Source: the human T2T-CHM13v2.0 reference genome, Homo sapiens. From it: a DNA stretch of 64,000 bases. The stretch lies in assembly GCF_009914755.1 (NCBI RefSeq), contig NC_060934.1; one strand, written 5' to 3'. Below, one piece after another: positions 59,320 to 64,000 of the stretch. Made by a program: the position numbers and the translations under genes. The notes below the pieces were generated by a model, which was given only the letters and a program-made list of their open reading frames with translations, did no database searches and was not told the origin of the DNA. Position 1 is the first letter of the stretch. The number at the start of each line of letters is the position of its first letter.

Positions 59320-59688
59320 TGTTATGGACTAAACGTTTGTGTCCCAACCTCAAAACTCATAGCCTTAATCGCTAATGTGATGGTATTTGGAGATGAGACC
59401 TTTGGGAGGTGATTAGCATTAGATGAGTTTCTGAGGGTGGGGCCCTGATGGATAGGATAAGTGCCCTTAGAAGAACAGATACCACAGGGCTTGCTTCCCT
59501 CCACACACATACACAAACAAGAGGTCACCACCTACAAGTCAAGAAAAGAGGCTGAAAAATAAAACCTATCTTGCTAATATCTTGATCTTAGACTTTCTAG
59601 CTTCCAGAGCTGCAAGAAATAAAATTATATTGTTTAAGCCATGCCATTTACAGTATTTTGTTATAGCAGTTTTGTTACAGACTAAGAT
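59320..59688 (+). mobile_element. MaLR solo LTR (MLT1A-like) inserted in an old L1M 5' fragment (~59258-60040)
   Basis: TGTTATGGACTAAACGTTTGTGTCCC...aatgtgatggtatttggagatg...cagactaagata. Confidence 0.85.
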
Positions 59689-60069
59689 AACAGCTAGCCA
59701 CGACACTGAGCAAAATGTATGTGGCAACTGTTTTGAGACAGTAGACAAGAGGCAATGCAGGAGAGTAACCCATGAGAGACAAGAAACATACCAGGTAAGC
59801 TGCACATTTTCTAGGAGCAATTTCCAGAGTTCAATATGGGAAGTGAAGTCCAAACCCTGCAGGGCTAAGAAGTTTGGGGTTGCCAAGACAATTGGAAGTT
59901 GTGGGGAACATGCAAGGAGAGAGGAAGTGGGAGCTCGCCTCTGGTTCTTTAGCAACAGCTGGACTCAGCATACACAGAATAAGCCTGCGAAATTTAGCAA
60001 AGAGCTAGGAGATGAACAAGATGCTGTAGGTTACACAGAGCCAGGCATCTAACAATCGGAAAAAAGGTC

Positions 60070-61556
60070 ACAGACAGGGAAAGGGGCAAAATCAGGGTGT
60101 ACCCCATGGTGCTAGATTGGAATTGGAGTGGTCATTATGCACTGATGCATATACGCATGTATTCATGTATGTGTGTGTGTGTGCACGCATGTGTGTCTAT
60201 GCACAAATACACATATATACACACACAGAATATCTATAAAAATAAACATATTGGCATACATATGTGCTCGAAGTATATGTATTTGTATGTTTATGTATAT
60301 GCATGCATGCATTTCTTAGCTCTGTCCACTGAGAAGATCTAGAATCAGTGACACACCAGTAGCAACGAGCATATCTGCTGTTTAGATTTTGGCTTCTAAA
60401 TACCATTCTTCACTAAAAAGAACAAAGAATCCTAGGCTGATCTCAGGGATGGGACAAGTAAAATACAAATAAGACTGTGGCATCATATTGTACCAGAAAG
60501 CAAGAAATTGCTCAAAGAATGATGGGGACATATCAAGAGGACATAGGAGCCACACAGAGCTTTCAGTGACTAAGTCTGTGACAATTTGAGCACCAAAATT
60601 TATAATATTAGTAATGGTTAGTAACTCATCAAATAAAATAAGAATACATGAGTCCGTAAACAAGTAGACGAATACATACAGTAAGCAAGGAAAAAAAGAA
60701 AAGCTTTTCCCTTCTGCCAAGTGCCAACTAATAAATATAAAGGCCTTAGGGGGGTTAGAAAATCATCAATGAGTGCTAAAACTAGTGGATAAAAGTTGCA
60801 GGTGGTACAGGATATTTACATAGTCTCAAGGTATCTCCCTTTACATTGCCTATTAATTTCAAAGGAAAATGGTAAGTTTACATAGAGAAAGTTGGCAGAT
60901 TCTACCTTTGCCAAGTGATCAAACTTAACGTCGCACATATTGAGACAAACAAATATCACATGCCTTCTGATATTATGTGCTATGAAAGACAGAGTACTGT
61001 TTCTTGTGTATTTCTGCTAAAACTGCTGAATCTGAATATGAACGTGGGAAAACATCAAACAAACCTCAACTGAGAAAGTCCATAAAATAACTTGAAAATA
61101 TCTAAGGTCAAGGAAATGATAAAAAGGACAAGAGACTGCTTCAGATTAAGGGAGACTAAAGAGACATGAAAACTGAATGCAAGAGTGGTCCAGAACTGGG
61201 TCCAGGCCTTGGGGAAAAAACTACAAAGGACATTGAAGGAATGATAAATATGGACTGTGGTTTAGATAATAGTATTATATCAATGGCAAGTGTCCTGAAT
61301 TTGTTAATAGTACTGTGATAATGTAAGAGAATGTCTTGCTCTTAGAAAATACACACTGAAGAATTTAGGGGTAAAAGGGAGTGATGTCTCCAACTTACTT
61401 TCATATGGCTCAGAAAAATATTGTTAATAGATAGGTAATGATAAATCAAATGAGAATAAAATGTAAACAATTGGTGAATCTGGGTAAGGAGGTATTGGAT
61501 AATTTTTGTATCGTTTTCTTTTACTTTAAAGTCTGAAATTATTCAAACTAAAGAGT
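60070..61556 (+). mobile_element. L1MC-type 3'UTR fragment, including a (TG/CA)-rich low-complexity tract at 60145-60310
   Basis: gtaccccatggtgctagattggaattggag; ctcaaagaatgatggggacat; taggggtaaaaggg...tctccaacttactttca; tctgaaattattcaaa. Confidence 0.82.
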
Positions 61557-61638
61557 TACCAGAGAACTTGTCATCACTGGAAGGAACAAGAGCTTCCCTC
61601 AAAAACATGATTCAGACTGCCAGTCTCATCCTCTAAGC

Positions 61639-62165
61639 CATGAGTCCCTGACTCCCCAGCCACGGACCAGTACCAGTTTGTGGCCCATTAGGAACCAGGC
61701 CGCACAGCAGGAGGTGAGTGGTGGGTAAGTGAACAAAGCTTTATCTGCATTTGCGGTCACTCCCTGTCGCTCACATTACCACCTGAGCTCCGCCTCCTGT
61801 CAAATCAGCAGTGGCATTAGATTCTCATAGGAGCACAAACCCTACTGTTAACTGAGCATGCAGGGGATCTAGGCTGCCCTCTCCTTATAAGAATCTAATG
61901 CCTGATGATCTGTCACTGTCTCCTATCACCTCGAGGTGGGACCATCTAGTTGCAGGAAAACACGCTCAGGGTTTCCACTGATTCTATATTATGATCAGTT
62001 GTAGAATTATTTCATTATATATTACAATGTAATAATGATATAAATAAAGTACACAATAAGTGTAATGCATTTGAATCATCCCAAAACCATCCCCCTACCC
62101 TGATCCATGGAAAAATTGTCTTCCATGAAACCAGTCCCTGGTGCCAAAAAGGTTGGGGATCATTG
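61639..62165 (+). mobile_element. MER1A (hAT-Charlie), full length 527 bp
   Basis: 8-bp TSD CTCTAAGC at 61631-61638 and 62166-62173; end gtccctggtgccaaaaaggttggggatcattg. Confidence 0.95.
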
Positions 62166-62731
62166 CTCTAAGCTCACTTCCACCAGTGAAACATGGTACC
62201 CTGCACATGGCTGGTTGCTCAGGATGATCTAGGGAACTGAATACTAACTGGTTATAATACACCCAGTGCATAAGCCCAGGAGAATAATTAAAGGCAGGTC
62301 ACACACTAACATTCCCTTCCTAACCCCTGCACATTAACCCACTGAGTAAGAATGTACCACTTCCTGGTCCGCCATAATATCAATTATCCATTCTCTGGTC
62401 ACTTAGCCTGTGACATACTGAGATACTGGGTGTGACAAATGTTAGTAAACTGAGAAGTGGTGTCTGTGTGTGTGTGGGGGGGTGCATGCACGTGTGCAGT
62501 AATAGTTGTCATTTTCATCTACTAACCATATGCAATAATGCAACAGAGGGGTGAGCTTTTGGAAATCAGGGAATATGTCTTCCTTTTGGAATCCTACATA
62601 AATCCTCTCACAGCATCTGGCACACACGAGGCATCCACGAGACACCCAGTGTGGTGTGGAAGAAAGCTGAGTCAGAAGACCTGGAGTTTACTGGCCAATG
62701 TTCTCCATGTGGTCCGGGACTTCTTACTTTA

Positions 62732-63145
<414 letters not shown>

Positions 63146-63489
63146 TTAATCAAAGGAGCAGAAACATTTTGAGTATTTTGGATTAAGGGATTTATAGGAT
63201 GAGGCTTTACACAATTGTGAGAAAAGCTGAAGAAATAAAGTTCCGAGGGGAAGTTGGTAGATCAGAGAAGAGTCATTCCCCAGCTTCTAAGAAAAACTCC
63301 AGAGTGTGCAGAGAAGGTCACGGAAAGCTGCAGCCTTTGCACTGAGTTTGCATCCATCAGTAGGGCCACCAGTCAAGAGCTTGATACAGAGCAGAGGAGG
63401 GCAGAAATCAGCTGAACTCTGCTGGAACCTCACAGCCTCTAACCAGGACAGTCTTTAAAGAGTCCTACTGGCAGCTTCATTTCCATCTC

Positions 63490-63917
63490 TGTCACAGCTG
63501 CCCGCCAAGAGAGACAGACCCCCACTCAAAGCTTGGTTCCAATGTGGAGACTGATGATGCACACACAACAAGCTGGTATGAAAAAGTTTATTGCTCACAT
63601 AATTGAGCTCTCTGGGGGGAGTAGGCAGGCCTCCCCAGCAGGCCTGACATGGCTTGAGGGATCGGGGAACCTCTTCCCCGATCGGGGGTTTTATGTGGTT
63701 AGGGGGTGGGGCCAGCGGGGAGCTCCTTATAGCACAGGCAAAGGCTTGTGTGGTTTGAATTTCCTGCACTAAAGGGAAAGAGAAGTGGGCTTTTCCATCA
63801 GCTTGTCCAGCTACGGGGATCAAAAAGAAGAGGGAGGAACGAGGCTTAGAGCTGTCAGCAGTCAAACATCAAAACATGGAGACACATCAAAACATGGAGA
63901 CAGACTTCTCATTATAA
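63490..63917 (-). mobile_element. ERVL-class LTR (LTR47-like)
   Basis: Minus-strand start region agtctgtctccatgttttgatg...tttgactgctgacagc; aaattcaaaccacacaagcc; minus-strand AATAAA near 63587. Confidence 0.6.
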
Positions 63918-64000
63918 CCTTCAGATCTCACAGAAGTATCTCTTCACCAACTTTCACTTGGGGCCATACAGGAAGGAAGAGTCTAAAAAACATAACTTCA

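Overview
This is primate (human-like) nuclear genomic DNA, intronic or intergenic, and dominated by transposable elements. I could not recognise any host protein-coding exon, RNA gene or CRISPR array. Main elements: (1) a full-length 6.0-kb LINE-1 (L1PA2/L1PA3-like, 25311-31340) with an intact 338-aa ORF1 and a frameshifted ORF2; (2) a full-length Tigger1 DNA transposon; (3) 12 dimeric Alus and one monomer; (4) ERV1/MaLR solo LTRs (MER4A, MER41A, LTR8, MER31, THE1, MLT1) and hAT MITEs (MER1A, MER20, MER45B, MER58A, MER5A). Structure not explained by TEs: a very homogeneous 25 x 28-bp minisatellite with an internal palindrome (21055-21754), a 3 x 77-bp tandem repeat, and a ~410-bp local duplication (~91% identical) inserted into an old L1. 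I also noted a tail-to-tail inverted Alu pair, an Alu insertion with an apparent target deletion, and candidate minus-strand exons downstream of the L1 antisense promoter. Subfamily names come from my recollection of consensus sequences and need RepeatMasker/Dfam confirmation. I found no convincing novel multi-gene system; the most novel-looking items are hypotheses.
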